Part shown: piece by piece, positions 11,891 to 26,194 of the stretch
Numbering within the stretch: position 1 is the first letter of the stretch
Layout: each line of letters opens with the position of its first letter
Assembly: GCA_976551045.1 (NCBI GenBank)
Contig: CDPCPM010000028.1
Span: 13,764,001 to 13,828,000 of the forward strand
Length of the DNA stretch: 64,000 nt
Direction: 5' to 3'
From: Glaucostegus cemiculus
Taxonomy: Eukaryota
Program-made: the position numbers and the translations under genes
Notes under the pieces: generated by a model
Told to the model about the DNA's origin: nothing
The model's database searches: none
Seen by the model: the letters and a program-made list of their open reading frames with translations, nothing else

Positions 11891-13009
11891 GATCATGAGA
11901 ATCACTCTTTGATGATAAGCTGCGATGTAAACTGGGCAGCACAATGAAGCTGAGTGATCTTGTTAATAAAGCTAGACAGTATGCTGGATACAAGGAGTTC
12001 TTTGATTCCTTACAGGTCTGTATTGCTGGAAAACTTTGTTAAGCAAAATTTTACAAATTAAAAAGGCTGGGCAAAATACATAGATTATTTTGGTATGGTG
12101 TATTTCAATACATAAGCAGCGTGAAGGCTATGCATTATAGTGAAAAATAGCTCGAAGATACATACCCCATAAAACAATGGCATTATAGCAAACATTTAAA
12201 AATTGAACGGTTGTAAATCAAAGAATTACAATATATATCTGGAAAGATACAAATCTTGCAAATTGATTCTCTCACGCCGCTATGTTTATGGGCTGGATCT
12301 ACTACCAGCAAGTAATGGTTTTCAGATATTTTCCACTTAAAAATGTAGATCTTCCAACATTGTACAAATATTTTAATCATAAATACCAATTACCAGTTCT
12401 TCAAACATTAAGTTTCCACTTTATGTGTCAACTGACAATCCGTGAAAAAGCAATGCCCAAAACTGCACCAGTTTTTTTCCTGTCCAAACTATTTTGCATG
12501 TCAATGAGTGCAAACTACAATTTAATAATGCAGTCGCGTAGCACTCTACAGCATAATTTCCTTAAGTGGCTTGCTTTTAAATATCAAGGACTATATTCAG
12601 TGTTAAACTGAAGATTAATTAACCGATGAAAACAGCTTGAACACAACAAAAAAAAAACATTTAATAAGAGTCGAAACCAGCACCTGACAAAAAATAATTT
12701 TAAATAACTGAAAATGACTTTTAAATAACTATGTAGAATGATTTGCTAATTAGTGTAGTCATTTTCAATAAAATCAAAAGCTATGTTCAAAAGCTTTTAA
12801 AACACTGGCATTGGTACTTCAAATCAAGCTTAATTTAAGAGCCTCCTCAAAAACGTGCAAACACTGAACTGGCAGCAAGTTGTAGTCGTGCCTAATTTGT
12901 TTTGGGAATGTGGCCAAATTCTAACATGATTTTTTTTTAAAAAGTATTAACAAAATTGACAAACACAAGTTTCATCAAATGCAATTCAAATAACCTGCAG
13001 TTTACTCTG

Positions 13010-13192
13010 TCAGAGGTGGCATAGGAGTCGGATACAACTACTACATTCAAGAGACATTTAGACAGACACTTAAATAGGCAAAGCAGGGAAAGATATGGAT
13101 CTAATATGCGAGCAGTAGATGAGCAAAAAGGCTGGGCTGGACGCAAGGGGCTGAAAGGCTCATTTCTGTGCTATCCAACCCATGACTCTATA
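13010..13192 (+). mobile_element. old CR1 3' end
   Basis: TTFKRHLDRHL C-terminus and GGGCTGAAAGGC..TTCTGTGCT tail. Confidence 0.65.
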
Positions 13193-13804
13193 GCACGGGT
13201 TTGCTTTATTGTGGGACAAAGAGCAGAAGAAAACAGAGCAACACAACGGAAGATCCAAATGAAGCTGTTCCAAGTCAGTTGATACCTTGCTGGGCTTAAT
13301 GAAGCTGCCAGAGGCCAGCTCTTCAAAAGGGGAACCACCAGTGCTCAACCCCACGACCAGTCTTGCACAGACCTGCTCCAAGTCCATTTGTGTTCAGTGA
13401 CAGATACTGCACATCTGGATCTCCACTCCATCACCAGTCCACACACAGAGTCCATCAGCCTAGACTCAATCAGTTGGGATCCTCACCATCATGTGGGGAT
13501 CGGTCTGTCCAATACAGCAACAATCAGTCCTGGTGTTCACTAAACTAAATTGGGATTCTCAGCATCAAAGAGTCGATGGGAAATGTTCAATTATTGCGGA
13601 TTTTTAAATATTTTCCCCATAGTAATTTTAATTTCAATTAAATTTTAAATTAAAAGATTAAGGCAATTTGAAGTATTTTCAAATACGAAGATACAAGAGA
13701 AAGGCTTAGGAGGGATTTTGTCACACATGGACAAGCTGGGGAATCAAAGGATACCACACACAGGCTGATGTGTGGTTTAAAGTGACAAAGTCAGCTCAGA
13801 CATT

Positions 13805-14240
13805 GAATCAGAATCAGATTTATTATCACTGACTTATATGACGTGAAATTTATTGTTTTGTGGCAGCAGACATAGAATTACTATAAATTACAAAAATAAA
13901 TAAATAGTGTAAAACAGATAAATAGTATAGAGGAGATGTCAGGGGTAAGTTTTTTACTCAGAGAGTGGTGAGTGCGTGGAATGGGCTGCCGGAATCAGTG
14001 GTGGAGGCGGATACGATAGGGTCTTTCAAGAGACTGTTAGATAGATACATGGAGCTAGTAAAATAGAGGGCTTTGGGAATGCCCAGTAATTTCTAGTGTA
14101 GGGACATGTTCAGCACAGCTTTGTGGGCCAAAGGGCCTGAATTGTGCTGTAGTTTTTCTATGTTCTAAAAAGGAATAATAAGGTAGTGTTCGTGGGTTCA
14201 CTGGACCAAAGGGCCCATTCCTGTGCTGTACTGTCCTATG
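13805..14240. mobile_element. Rex1 3'UTR (-) interrupted by a CR1 3' end (+, ~13927-14167)
   Basis: GAATCAGAATCAGATTTATT Rex1 tail; CR1 [25 protein letters not shown]; Rex1 UTR resumes at AAAAGGAATAATAAGGTAGTGTTC. Confidence 0.8.
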
Positions 14241-15809
14241 TCCAAATGTTCCAGAAAATCAGATATAAAACTGTAGGCCGAACTCCACCCTCCTCAGGGC
14301 TGGAGCCTCAGCAGTACATCACCCGAAGCCTACTTTCCACAGTGGCCTCATTTTAACCTTGCCAAGAGCCTCCTGGAGTCTGTGCGTGGCTGGTTCAAAT
14401 CTGTTCAACCGACCACACCAACCCGGGTTGGGTGATCAGCTAACACCAGCCCAATTTGGCTCAGTATTGCATTGCAGACTGCAGCGCTAATTACAAAAAA
14501 CACACCTTAAATTCAAATCGGACAGGGACCATTTCACCCAGCCCAAAAATAATGTCAGTACTTAAGTGGTTTTAGGAGAAATGACAGAATAACGCTTGTG
14601 GCAATCACTCATTTGCAACAGTCAGGTAAGTGCAGAACCAGCTTGGATGTGGGTTTTACTCAAATGTTAGAGCAATTGAGAGTAATATCCCTTTCCAATG
14701 TTGCCAGGTATTTTTATTTCAATCATGGTGATCATGTTTAAAATGTTATTTTCACAAGAGATCAGAATCTGAGAAACCAAGAGAATAAAACTGGAATGGA
14801 AGTGTTTGTTTCATCTCACTTACCAAAGTCACTGTTAAGATCATGACCAATTCCACATAACAAATCCATGATTTCCCAGAAAGAACTTGAACAAGATGTC
14901 TGGCTTGTCCAGCCTTGCTCCACAGCTTGTTAAAAGCCAGTTACCGTGGCAGATTTCACTCCTCACTACTGACATGTAACCTCAGTGTGCCACCAGACTC
15001 CAGTCTGTTAGCTGGATAATCAAGCACAGCAGCCAGCAGATGCATTGTCATTCCTTTGTCAGAGGACAAGCAGAAGTCTGGAAGCTCTTGCTGGAATTAC
15101 CATTGAGACTCCGCTGTCTTAGTTGAGTGAGCCTACACTGGTTTCAGACTCAAGCGTCAGAAAGCAGTTTAATTTAGATCTGGTGCTCAGCGGGCAGCTA
15201 TTTGGCAGTGCAACAGATTTCGGTGGCTGAATTTATCCACATAGCTTCTCTGACTGCAATGTCAAAGGTTATTTATGTCCAGATTTATCCAAGGCCAACA
15301 AGTACTGTACTGCATTGCACAACAGTTGACAATCGTCATGACAAGCATTTAAGACATGACACTATAGTCCACTTAACTATGGAGCATTTCTAAGCTTCTT
15401 TTTCACAAAAGCAGAGGAAAATGCTTACATTACAGGAGGAGCTCACTCAGTCCAAAGTCTTACTGTCAGTTATTCACCCAAAACCAGCCCTAATGCCTGA
15501 CCTTTCCCCACCCTTCTTCATTTGCCAAATACTGTGGTAATAAAGTGTTTTCTAGTCTGTGGAAAACTTGCACTGTTCTTCAGCTCCCTATGTGAAGAAT
15601 CTTCTATCAACCTCTCTGCTCGCTCACTAACCATTTTCAAATGATCCTGCTCCTCATCACTGAGTCCGTCCAAGAAAATTGCCCCTTTCTCATCTCGTCA
15701 GATTTTAAACTATTAAATCAGTGCATCAACATAGCTACTGCCCTGATGAAACTACCCCAAAAACCCTCAATGGTTTAAGGCCCTTTCTGAAACACATTAA
15801 TTCTTGTCT

Positions 15810-15930
15810 GATTAATGCACTCTGTACTACCTCAATGCACTGTGTAATGAATTAATCTGTACGAATAGTATGCAAGACAAGTTTTTCACTGTACCTCGGT
15901 ACAAGTGACAATAATAAACCAATACCAATT
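15810..15930 (+). mobile_element. Rex1 3'UTR end
   Basis: Matches 8555-8678 (GCACTGTGTAATGAATT..GTGACAATAATAAACCAATACCAAT). Confidence 0.8.
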
Positions 15931-16567
15931 TATCATTCAGAACCAAAACACAGCAGATGCTAGAGGTGTGAAACATTAACCTGTGCCTCTCTACACAGAT
16001 GTTGCCAAGACTGCTGATTAAAAATGTGAAAATCTGGAATGTATTCATTTATTACCCATTTGTTTCTATATTCTATCCCACTACTTATGTCCAAGATTAA
16101 GTCAGCAAACTAACTGAACTGTGTAGCTGCAATCCTATTCACCTTCACCCCTGCTCCTAATCCTTTTACAATCTCATACTTCAAATACAGCACTAGCATT
16201 TTCATACCACTTTCCATGGTCTGCAATTGTCTCAAAACAGTTTATAAGCAATTAAATTCTTTTGAAACACTCACTGTTCTAATCAAGGAAGTGCAATAAG
16301 CATTGTGCATAGGCTTCAAATAAAAAACATGATGATGGCAATGCATTATATCTTTGTGGTGTTGATTGAGAACTAAATATTGTCCAGAATACCGGATCTC
16401 CAAATCCTGAAGTAGGGCTTGAATGAACAATTTTCTGCCTCAGGCAAGACTGACACCATTCCCATCAGATTGAAATATTCCCTTGAAACTGTATTTATTA
16501 TCTGTCCACTTATTCCACTGACCTGTTTATGCTCTCCCAAAGCATGTTCCAATCTGCCACGCTGTTT

Positions 16568-16856
16568 GAACCATGGAACCATAGAACAATACAGCACAAA
16601 ACAGGCCCTTCGGCCCACCAAGTTGTGCCGTCCTTCAAACGTCTCACAATCTAACTCTTTCCTCCCACATATCCCACTATTCCACATTCTTCCATGTGCC
16701 TATCTAACAATCTCTTGAACCTGTCCAACGTATCTGCCTCTACTACCACCCCAGGCAGCGCATTCCACTCTCTGGGTGAAAAACTTCCCTCTGACATCTC
16801 CCCTGAACTTTCCACCCAATATCTTAAAGCCATGCCCTCTCGTCTTGAGCATCTGT
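16568..16856 (-). mobile_element. young CR1 3' end
   Basis: Reverse complement of 10457-10771 with a short internal deletion. Confidence 0.85.
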
Positions 16857-19800
16857 AAAGATCCTCCTGTCAGGTTGCAGAGGTCAAGGCCATATATTTA
16901 AGAAAGAGGTAGACAGATTTCAAGTCACAAAAGGCATCAGGTGGTATGGAGAGTGAGTATATACTACTGAGATAGAGGATTGGCCACGATCATATTAAAT
17001 GGAAGAGCTGGTGTGAAGGAATGAAACACCCGACTCCTGCTCCTATTTTTCAATGTTTCCTTTCAACATATACAAAAGTGTTCCATGAAGGATTCTGAAC
17101 TAAACTCGGTTGAGTAGGTCAGGGATCCAGAACTGAAGGACATACACATCAAAAGTTTACGGGTATCTGTGCAAGTGTCCAGTGAAAGCAAAGAAAGTTG
17201 AAAGATGAATGGCGAAGGTAAAACAAAAAAAAAATGTTAGTGTGTCATACCAGGGCCCTAGTTTATTATTTTTAAAAGTGGCCTTCTATTAAGGCTCACC
17301 CATATAATAGATGATACAGTCATGTTGGACAAGGTCAGAAGGACTATAACACTAATAATTAGTCGAAAAGCCCTTAGTATCTAAACAGAGTTGGAGAGCC
17401 GAGAATTTATACATTAGACATAGAAGCAGAATCTTTACAGCACAGGAGATGGCCCCCAAGCCAAGAATCTGTGTTTGTACAATAACCTTGTCTATTGCAG
17501 TCCCACAGCTAAACTTTTACCTTCAAATACTTAGGTAATTCCCACATTAAATTAATCTGTATGTATTGTGCTTTCAGACAGTACAATATGGATCAAAACT
17601 GGTCCCCATATAAATATATCAAATAAAGATGTATATATTTCAGAAGAGTCTATTTAATATGATGGAGAGATGACTAGAATTCATATTAAAGAGCATTTGA
17701 AATCAATAGGTGAAGTGAAATAAACAAAAACATGCAGTTTCCCCATCACGGACCCAGGTTAGATGTCTATAAATTTTTCCTTCCATTCAAGTTTATTAAA
17801 TTTTGGAACAAGTTGGTGCAGATATGGATTCACTGACAGCACCCAGGGAACCAGGATTGTTCCTGGAGGAGGTTCACTTCCCTACATGGTAAAGGAAGGT
17901 CAGCTATTGTGTAATGTGTTATGTGTCTGCATGTACTCTTGCAATTCATCTTGAACAACTTCATAACAGGACTGAGCAATTTCCTGCAGCCAATTTATCT
18001 GAATTGATCTGGGATTTGCAAAAAATCATTTTTGCCTTGCCAGCAGATTACACAGCAGCTGATGGTGAGTGGAGCCACTGGGAATAAGATGTTTTGTTGC
18101 AATATGATGTTGCAGGAGAGACTCAATGTGCCAGCTGGTTTTTTAAGATACAGTTGTGTTTGTTCACATACCATGAGAAAATTGAATTCTCAAGTTGTAG
18201 ACTTAGATGCTTGCTTTGGAGAGTGTTAAACATGGTGATTTGCCACCATGAGTGTAAACCAAATAAAACAAAATTCCAGCTCCCCCACATTACCACTGCA
18301 TTCCCTCCCCTCTCCCTCCTTGTCCAACTCAACCCGAATCTTTTGGTACATCTTTCAACATGTATGACTTTAAATTCACCCTTCCAATGTAAGGTCGTCA
18401 ACTTGAAAGTGATAACCTTTTCTTTCCTGGCAGACAATACCTGATCTGTTGAGTGCTTCTAATACGTTATACATTTATGATGGCAACAGTCAGGAATGAA
18501 TGAAAATGTGGCAGGCAGAAGTGATTAAAATCAGAAGCCCCGTGAGAGCTGTTCCATTTAGTGTGGTTGTACTGCAAAACATCAGACAGCTGGTAATATC
18601 CAGGTTGTGCTTACATTCTAGTCAACTCCTATACACCAAACAATGGAAGGAAATCAAGCTTCAAAACACTTAAATGAACAGGTACAGAACCAATTCTGCT
18701 GTGCACCTTAAAAGTTTGATTTTCATTTCTTTATCCATTTTTATGCTAAATAGGATTCCTTGAAAATGGAATACATTAGAATATCTTCAACAAGCAGCCA
18801 CATTCTGTAAGTGTCTTCATGTCATGTTCAGAATTACTTATTGTGATTTTATTTTAGGGTGACATGTTAAATTTAAGAGGCGAGGATGAATTCACTAAGT
18901 TTGATTTACATTTTTGCCTTGGGCACACTGAGCAGCAACAGGATTGGCACGGTGGGTATAGGTGAGGAGCTCATTGTTTCAACAAATCACATCTGCCCTC
19001 TGCAAATAGCTTCTAAGTGTTTGCTATTTCTTTGTTCGCCCTGATTAAATGAGTCAGAAAATTCTGGAAACTTGTAATCTTCCTTTGAGGTCAGAGTTCA
19101 CAAACCTTGATTTTCTTAATACATTTTGAATAATTGCCTCCCATTCACGTTCTCCGTTCCTAGTTATAAAACTGATTTCAATCAGCCCCCCCATAACTCT
19201 GCCACTACTCCAGCCTTCAAATATTTATATACTTTCAAAGCTCTTTTACGGCTTTCATTTTCACAAATGGATGTATCTGCTTCCAACTTTAAACCCGAAA
19301 TCTATCTCTGAATCATCGACAAGAAACTCCAACCAGCACTTCACCCCTTCCTGCTCAGAGTTGGTCTTCCTCCCTCAGTGCAGGATTTTCCACAATAGAT
19401 GCACAAGACTATTGTAGCTAAATTATAATTCTTCTCAAATAAATATTAAATGTCAGTGTGCACAAGAGGATTGACCACTTAGTACTTAAGGCCTGTCAGA
19501 GCTTGTGAACACTTCACTGCAGTTGCGAGACTCATCTTTATTAAGGGACGTCTGTGTAGCCTGTTTACTGTCCATGTATCTACTACATTCTCAATTGGAA
19601 CAGGTTGATTAGTGGTACTTTGTGTAATCCATGGGATGCAAGTCCACTTAGCTTGATCTACCACATGCAGGACTTGGTACTTAGTCCTCAGTTGTCTCTT
19701 ACTTAAAGCTTCCAGTTAGCACCTCCCTTTAATTTATTCCCTCTGCAGCTCCAAAACCACCCTATCACTTTCTCTATTGAATCTAGTATTGACTCTTTAG

Positions 19801-20094
19801 CTTGTTGCTAGGAGTACGTCAAGCCTGATAATGAAGAATGGAGATCAGGGTAAACTGTTCTACTTTTGCTGATAGGTTTCTTAATATGGCTATTTTGGGT
19901 CTGCAAGATTTGTCCTTGGACCTGCATAATGGAATATGTACAACAATGAATCTGTACAGTGGCATTCTTACCACTCATGGATGCTTTTGCAATAGTAATA
20001 TTGTGTGGGGAGACCAAGCAGGATGTTATCTTCTGTTGGTTCTCTCATTACTAGTAGCACGGCCAGGCTTACAATCATTTGGCCAAGGACTCAC

Positions 20095-21450
20095 ATAAGT
20101 GAGTCTAATACAAACCCACCGACTCCCACAGTTACCTTGACTACACCTCTTCCACCCCTGTCACTTGCAAGGATGCTATTCCCTTGTCTCAGTTCCTCCT
20201 TCCCTGCTGCACCTGTTCTCATGATGAGGCTTTCCATTCCAGGACATCCGAGGTGTCTTCTTTTTTTTTCCCAGCAAACGGGGCTTCCCCTCCACTGCTA
20301 TCAATGCAGCCCTCAGCTACATCTCCTTCATTTCCCACATGCCTGCCCTCACCCCATTCCCCACCCTGACATAACAGGGATAGGGTTCCCCTTGTCCTCA
20401 GCTACCATCCCATGAGCCTCCACATCCAACACAGCATTCTCCAAAACCTCCATCATTTCCAACAGGAACCCACCACCAGGCACATCTTCCCCTCCCATTC
20501 CAACTTTCCACAAGGATCGCTCTCTCTGCAACTCCCTTGCCTGTTTGTCCCTCCCCATCGATCCCCCTCCAGGCACATGCCTGCAACCATGCTAAGTGTT
20601 ACACCTGCCCCTACACCTCCTCCCACACCACTGTTCTGGGCCCTAAACAGTCCTTCCAGGAGAGGCAGTGTCCACATGTGAATCCATCAGCGTCACTTAT
20701 TACACCCTGTGCTCCCAGTGAAGCCTCTACATTGGTGACACCTGACGCAGACTGGGTGCTCGCTTTGTAGAGCACCTTCGCTCCATCCGCCATAACAGCC
20801 AGGACCTCCCAGTGGCCGGCCATTTTAATGCCACTTCCCATTCCCACACTCACAGGAGTCTACGGCCTCCTCTCCTGCCAAGTTGAGGCTAGATGCAGAT
20901 TAGAGGAACAACACCTCATATTCCACTTTGGTAGTCTCCAACCTAACGGCATCAACATTGATTTCTCTAACTTCCAGTAACTACTCCCCCCCATTTCTCC
21001 CCCTCCTTTTGGTTTTCCCTTATACTTCTGGCCCCATTACCCCTTCAGTTTCCCCTCCCCTACCCTCACGACCTGCCCATCAACCACACTTTCCTCCCTC
21101 TGGTCCCCCATCTCCTTCCCTTTATTCCATGGTCTACTGTCCTCTCACATCAGATTCATCTTCTTCAGCCCTTGGCCTCTTCCACCTGTCACCTCCCAGC
21201 TTCCCACATCATTCCCACTTCCGCCTACACCACACACCCCCACCCGACCTACCCATCTTACCCCCTCACCTGGATTCACCTATCACCCGCCAGCTCCTGC
21301 TCCTCCCCCTCTCCCCACCCTTTTATTCTGGCTTCCGCCCTCTTTCTTTCCAGTCCTAATGAAGGGTCTCGGCCCAAAATGCCGACTGTTCATTTCCCTC
21401 CACAGATGCTGCCTGACCTGCAGAGTTCCTCCAGCATTTTGCGTGTGTCG
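20095..21450 (+). mobile_element. Penelope-like element, 3' half (RT thumb, GIY-YIG endonuclease, pseudo-LTR)
   Basis: KPTDSHSYLDYTS, CKDAIPLSQF, DEAFHSRTSE; GIY-YIG-like VTYY..C..LYIGDT.RRLGARFVEHL and VAGHFN; pyrimidine-rich pLTR ending in CACAGATGCTGCCTGACCTG. Confidence 0.85.
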
Positions 21451-24400
21451 CTCACACAAGCCACTCAAGCAACAATCCATCCACCAGTGATTCCAGCAAG
21501 AGTACGGAGGATGCTGGTAAGTATTAAATCAACAATTTGTTTAGCCTCACTTGTGGCATTAGGATTCCCAGCACAGTGCGTATCTCATCTCTGCCTCTTT
21601 GTCCCGGTTCCTGTCAATTGGATAGGACATACTCAAGAATAGTGTTAGAGGAACATTAAAAGTGGATTGAGCCCAAGCAACAGCCACTTAAACATCTTTT
21701 CCTTGGTTAAATTTGACATCAAATTGAATGTAATGTTTTTTTCAAAACAAACACTTAATTAAGAATTTTAAAAAGCATTTCAAGTGGCTGCATTGTTGAA
21801 CCAGCGATCTACAGGACATAATCTCAAATCCTAGCATGATGAAATGTAAAATTTATTTGCAATAAAATTCTTCATTGGGTAGTAACAATAATAATCATGA
21901 AAACTGTCAGTTGTCAAAACCCCGAATGTTTTCAAGTTGGTAAAGCAAAACACAGGAGGTTGGATGTTATGCAGAATAATCAAGACAGTGTTGCAATACT
22001 GAGGTGCTGCATCTTTCTGCAGAAATCCCAAGTTACTTTGTCTGATTACAAACAACTAGCATCATTATTTTCAGCTGTAAGAAATCAATGGACAAAATTA
22101 AGTCTGCATAAAAGATTACATATACATCAAGGAAACAAATCTGAATTGTTACAACTTCATACGACCTAAGTTAAGGCTTAATTTAGCTCAATTTGAAATA
22201 CATTTTGCTTATTCAATTTTGGTCTTATTATCTTCTTCCCCAGGACCACCTTTACATCAGTTCAAGAATCCATTTGCCTGTAATTAATTAAAACCAATGC
22301 TGTAACATTTACTACTGCAGATATCAACAAATATATCCATCAATTGATCAGTACAGATGGTGGTAATCGATAAGAACATTTAACTTTAATAGGCTGTGAT
22401 GAAAAGCAATGTAAGAAGAGTTATTTTCCTGGCATAATGAATGGAGACCTCTTTTTGCTATTCTTAATTTGAATTTTATAAAATTTCAGTTAGTGGAGTT
22501 TTTTTTCTCCCCCCCACCCCCCTCCATCTTAATGCTCCAAAAATTGCTGCAAGTGGCAATGGGAACTACGTTCATCCGCTACACTGGCAGCTGCCCATAA
22601 AGTTTTCTCGTGGTTTGAACATAACTTGACCTGCTTTATAAAGACATAAGAGAGACTGCAGATTCCTCCAGCATTTTGTGTGTTGCTGCAGCTTTACTAA
22701 GAGATCTTCGATTTTTGCGTAGCACAAGAAACTCTGTGGTTCATTTAAAACCAAATAAAAGAATCTTCACAGCAACAGAATCTAAACAACAATGAAACAT
22801 ACATGAAATCAGACTTTAATCAGATAAGTAAATATTGCAAATCATAGATGAGAGAAAGATAAATAATAAACCAACACTTTTACCTTTTGAAGGAATAAAA
22901 CATCAACTTGAGATGGTATATGAAGTGAGAATTCACTTGCCTAATTTATTTAAATTTTTACTTAGAATTCATTTCAACAGACCCAATAATACAGCTTTCA
23001 AAGGAGTACCGATGGACAAGTACCTCAAATTCATTGTATTGCATAGAGTTCATTTCAGATTCTTAAAGTAGACACTGGTATCTAACACCTAGAGAAAAAG
23101 TGAGATTTCCCTTACAAAAACTTCTGATATTTCACATTTGAACTGGTCATGTATAGCTGTCAGAGTTCCTGTCCAATTTATTCCATTGTGTCAGGTGACT
23201 ATTAAAAGCCTAAGGCTTACTCCCATCATAAAATCCTAGCCATTATCTCCGAAACATGTGGTAGCTACATTACATTTAACTAGGGAATAGATGCTCAAAG
23301 ATTTAATTGACTTCAAGAATACAACAGCTGAAAGAGTGCTGCATACCCAAGGGCAACTGAACCAAGTTCTCTTTATAAGGCTCATCATAAAATAGATGCG
23401 CGCTTTGTGAGAGCATGGTGCTGGTGCCTGATTTTAATCCCAAAGCATTGTACTCATAGTTTTGCTTTTAGAGAGTAGGGATTTGTAGGAATAAAATAAA
23501 AGGCCATTTGGAATCTCTAGGTGGTTCCAGAATTTAAAAAGAAAACAAGACTATTCCTTTCAACAGATCTTCTCAAGCGTCTGGCAGACAACCACTTGAA
23601 ATTATTGCTGCTATCTGGCTTGATCGCCTTGCTGAACACTTCTTTCCAAATACTCTGCATGCTTCTACAACAGTACGTATTGCTGTTCAGTCGATTCACT
23701 TTCCCTCTTCTGAAATTAACTGACACCTGATCAATGAGCAAGTGATCAGAACACTTCTAAAGATCATGGCAGTTATTCGGCTGATACTATAAAGTACAAT
23801 GCTGCTGTAAATCTCCCTAAAAGATGGCAGGATCCTCATACTAATTATTTTGCTCCCAAACTCCAATATGCTTTCCTCTCACTTGACATTCCCTTCACGC
23901 GTTGTAGTTTTCCAAACAATGGGTACATTCCTGCGATACCTTCAAGTACCTCTAGTCCATTACTAACAAAACAGTAAGGAAATACAATATTCCTTGAAAA
24001 TGGAATGAAATACACGTTTAACATTTCACCAAGGGAAAAATAATCTATAAAATTTGTTTAATAGACTTAAGTTCCTTTCCATGTGAAGTAATAGCTTAAG
24101 ACAATTGAGGCAAATATTTAACAATTTCCTAGCTTTCATGTGACAAAGCAAGAATACTGAAGGAAAATTTCATTTATTAATTTAGGCTTTCAGAAGCTGT
24201 AACAAGATTCAAGAAACAAATTTGGATAATGCCCTATCATCATAATAATTTCTTCCATCTCATCCATTGGTAAAGGGCAGTTTTTATTAATGTACTAAAT
24301 TTAGTGTTACGCTCATGGGCACAATCTACTTATAATTATATATTTTTTCCCTGCATTTGAGGCTTTCATTATGGATAGAACAAGAAGTGAACCATTTAGT

Positions 24401-24894
24401 CCTTCAAGCTCATTCTGCCTTTCAATGAAGTCATAACTGATCTGAAACAGAAATCCACATGCTCACCTTTGACCTATACAGAGGCCCCCTTGTATACAAA
24501 GGAAACCCAACTTAAAATTCTCCCATATATTTCCAAAGTATTTTTCAAGTTTGTAATAATAACAAATGTTTCATGGTATGCATTAATGATTAAAAAGTTG
24601 CAGGGGTTGGAAATCTTTGAAAGGTTATTAACCCAAAATGTTAAATGTTTCTCTTTTTACAGATGCAACTTAAGTTGCAAAGTATTTTCAGCATTAACTG
24701 CTTTTATTCAACAGGGTTAATTATTTACTACAACTGTATCAAGTCCTGATTAGATCTCGTCGGGACGATTGAGGGTGAATCTGCACCACATGGGCACATA
24801 GCCAAAAAACGTGATCCTAATTTTTTTTGAAATGATATTTGGAAATACTTCCATGAGCAGTTGCTGAACATAGCTTTGAACCCACATCTACAAA

Positions 24895-25398
24895 TGAATC
24901 AGAATCAGTTTTATTGTCACTACTATATACATATTCAGTATGCATAGGAGTGAAATACCGTACTGCACAGATCAAGGCGCTCGTCACATTAAAAAAATAT
25001 GGGAGGCACAAAGACATAAAGACATTAACAATATTGGAACCACAAAATTAAATAGCGACTCGAATAAACAATCTTAGAGTGAGCGTACTGACGCAACAGA
25101 CAACGGACATTTAAAGTGCTGGTGCATTTCCGTACGCCTAGCATCCTTTGGTGTTGGCGGGAGGGATGGAGGGATGAGGGAGTTCATGGTTCTGATAGCT
25201 TGTGGGAAGAAGCTATTGCACAGTCTCGTTGTCCTTGCCCGGATGCACTGGAGCCTTCTTCCAGATGGCAAGAGTGTAAAGAGGTGGTAGGAGGGGTGAG
25301 AAGGTTCCGACATTATGTTTGTGATCGTTCTGACGCATCGGTCCTTATATATATCTGCAATAGAGGGTAGTGAGACACCTATGATCTTCCCTGGTGGT
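24895..25398 (-). mobile_element. Rex1/Babar LINE 3' end
   Basis: EPSHPSYHLFTLLPSGRR..SFFPQAIR; (GATTCT)n tail. Confidence 0.85.
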
Positions 25399-26194
25399 TA
25401 ATGTATTATATAGACAGCCTCCCCACCCCTCCCCTTCCCGTGTTATGGCAGTTTGGGTGACAGAAACTCCCCCTGATGGACTTCACAAGTCATTACCCAA
25501 AAAAATCTGGGATATGGAATAAAAATTCACTTTCATGAAATTTATGTGAAAAAGTAAATAAATAAACATTTTTGAAAAAACATCACATTACCTGATGCGT
25601 GCACAGATGACGTGGCTTCACCTAACAGAAAAGTGTGATGCAGACCATCTTCTAGGAATGTAACCATGTAACCACCCCCCACAATGCAAAGGGTTTGGCC
25701 GGTATTCTGTTGGTTTCATTACGAGTAGCGTTAGGGTGATTGTTCAATGAAATGAAAGAATTATGCAAGTTTATGTAGAGCAATACAATATGGATAGCTA
25801 CAGAAAAGAGGTTCCTGACTTATGACGAAGTTAGCTTGTAGACTGTTCTCAGGAACAGAACACTTATGTCACCCAGGGACCGCCTATATTCGTAACATGC
25901 TTGGCTAACAAAAATTCATCAGTTTCTGAATTGAAATTGATTACTTTAGCATTAACTGTCATTTGAGAAGTATGTTCAAAGCTAATTTCAGCAACTATGC
26001 ATGCAAGTATTTCCAAATGTCATTTTGATCTCATTTTTTGGCTTTGTCCCCGGTGGCAGATTTGCCAAAAAGCAGAAATAGTTTCTCTTTCTACAACAGT
26101 AAATTCCACTTAATGTTATGAAAACATGGGTCAGATTATTTTACAGGAACCTTACAGAAATGTTTGAAATTATGAGAGGCATGGATAAGGTAGA

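Noticed and set aside
23517-23741. Basic ORF MQSIWKEVFSK..RRLRRS as an alternative GRIP1 first exon
   Set aside because: No convincing phase-1 donor and no recognisable homology.
25815-25890. Possible Tigger/pogo-like MITE remnant
   Set aside because: Terminal inverted repeats too decayed to support a call by eye.
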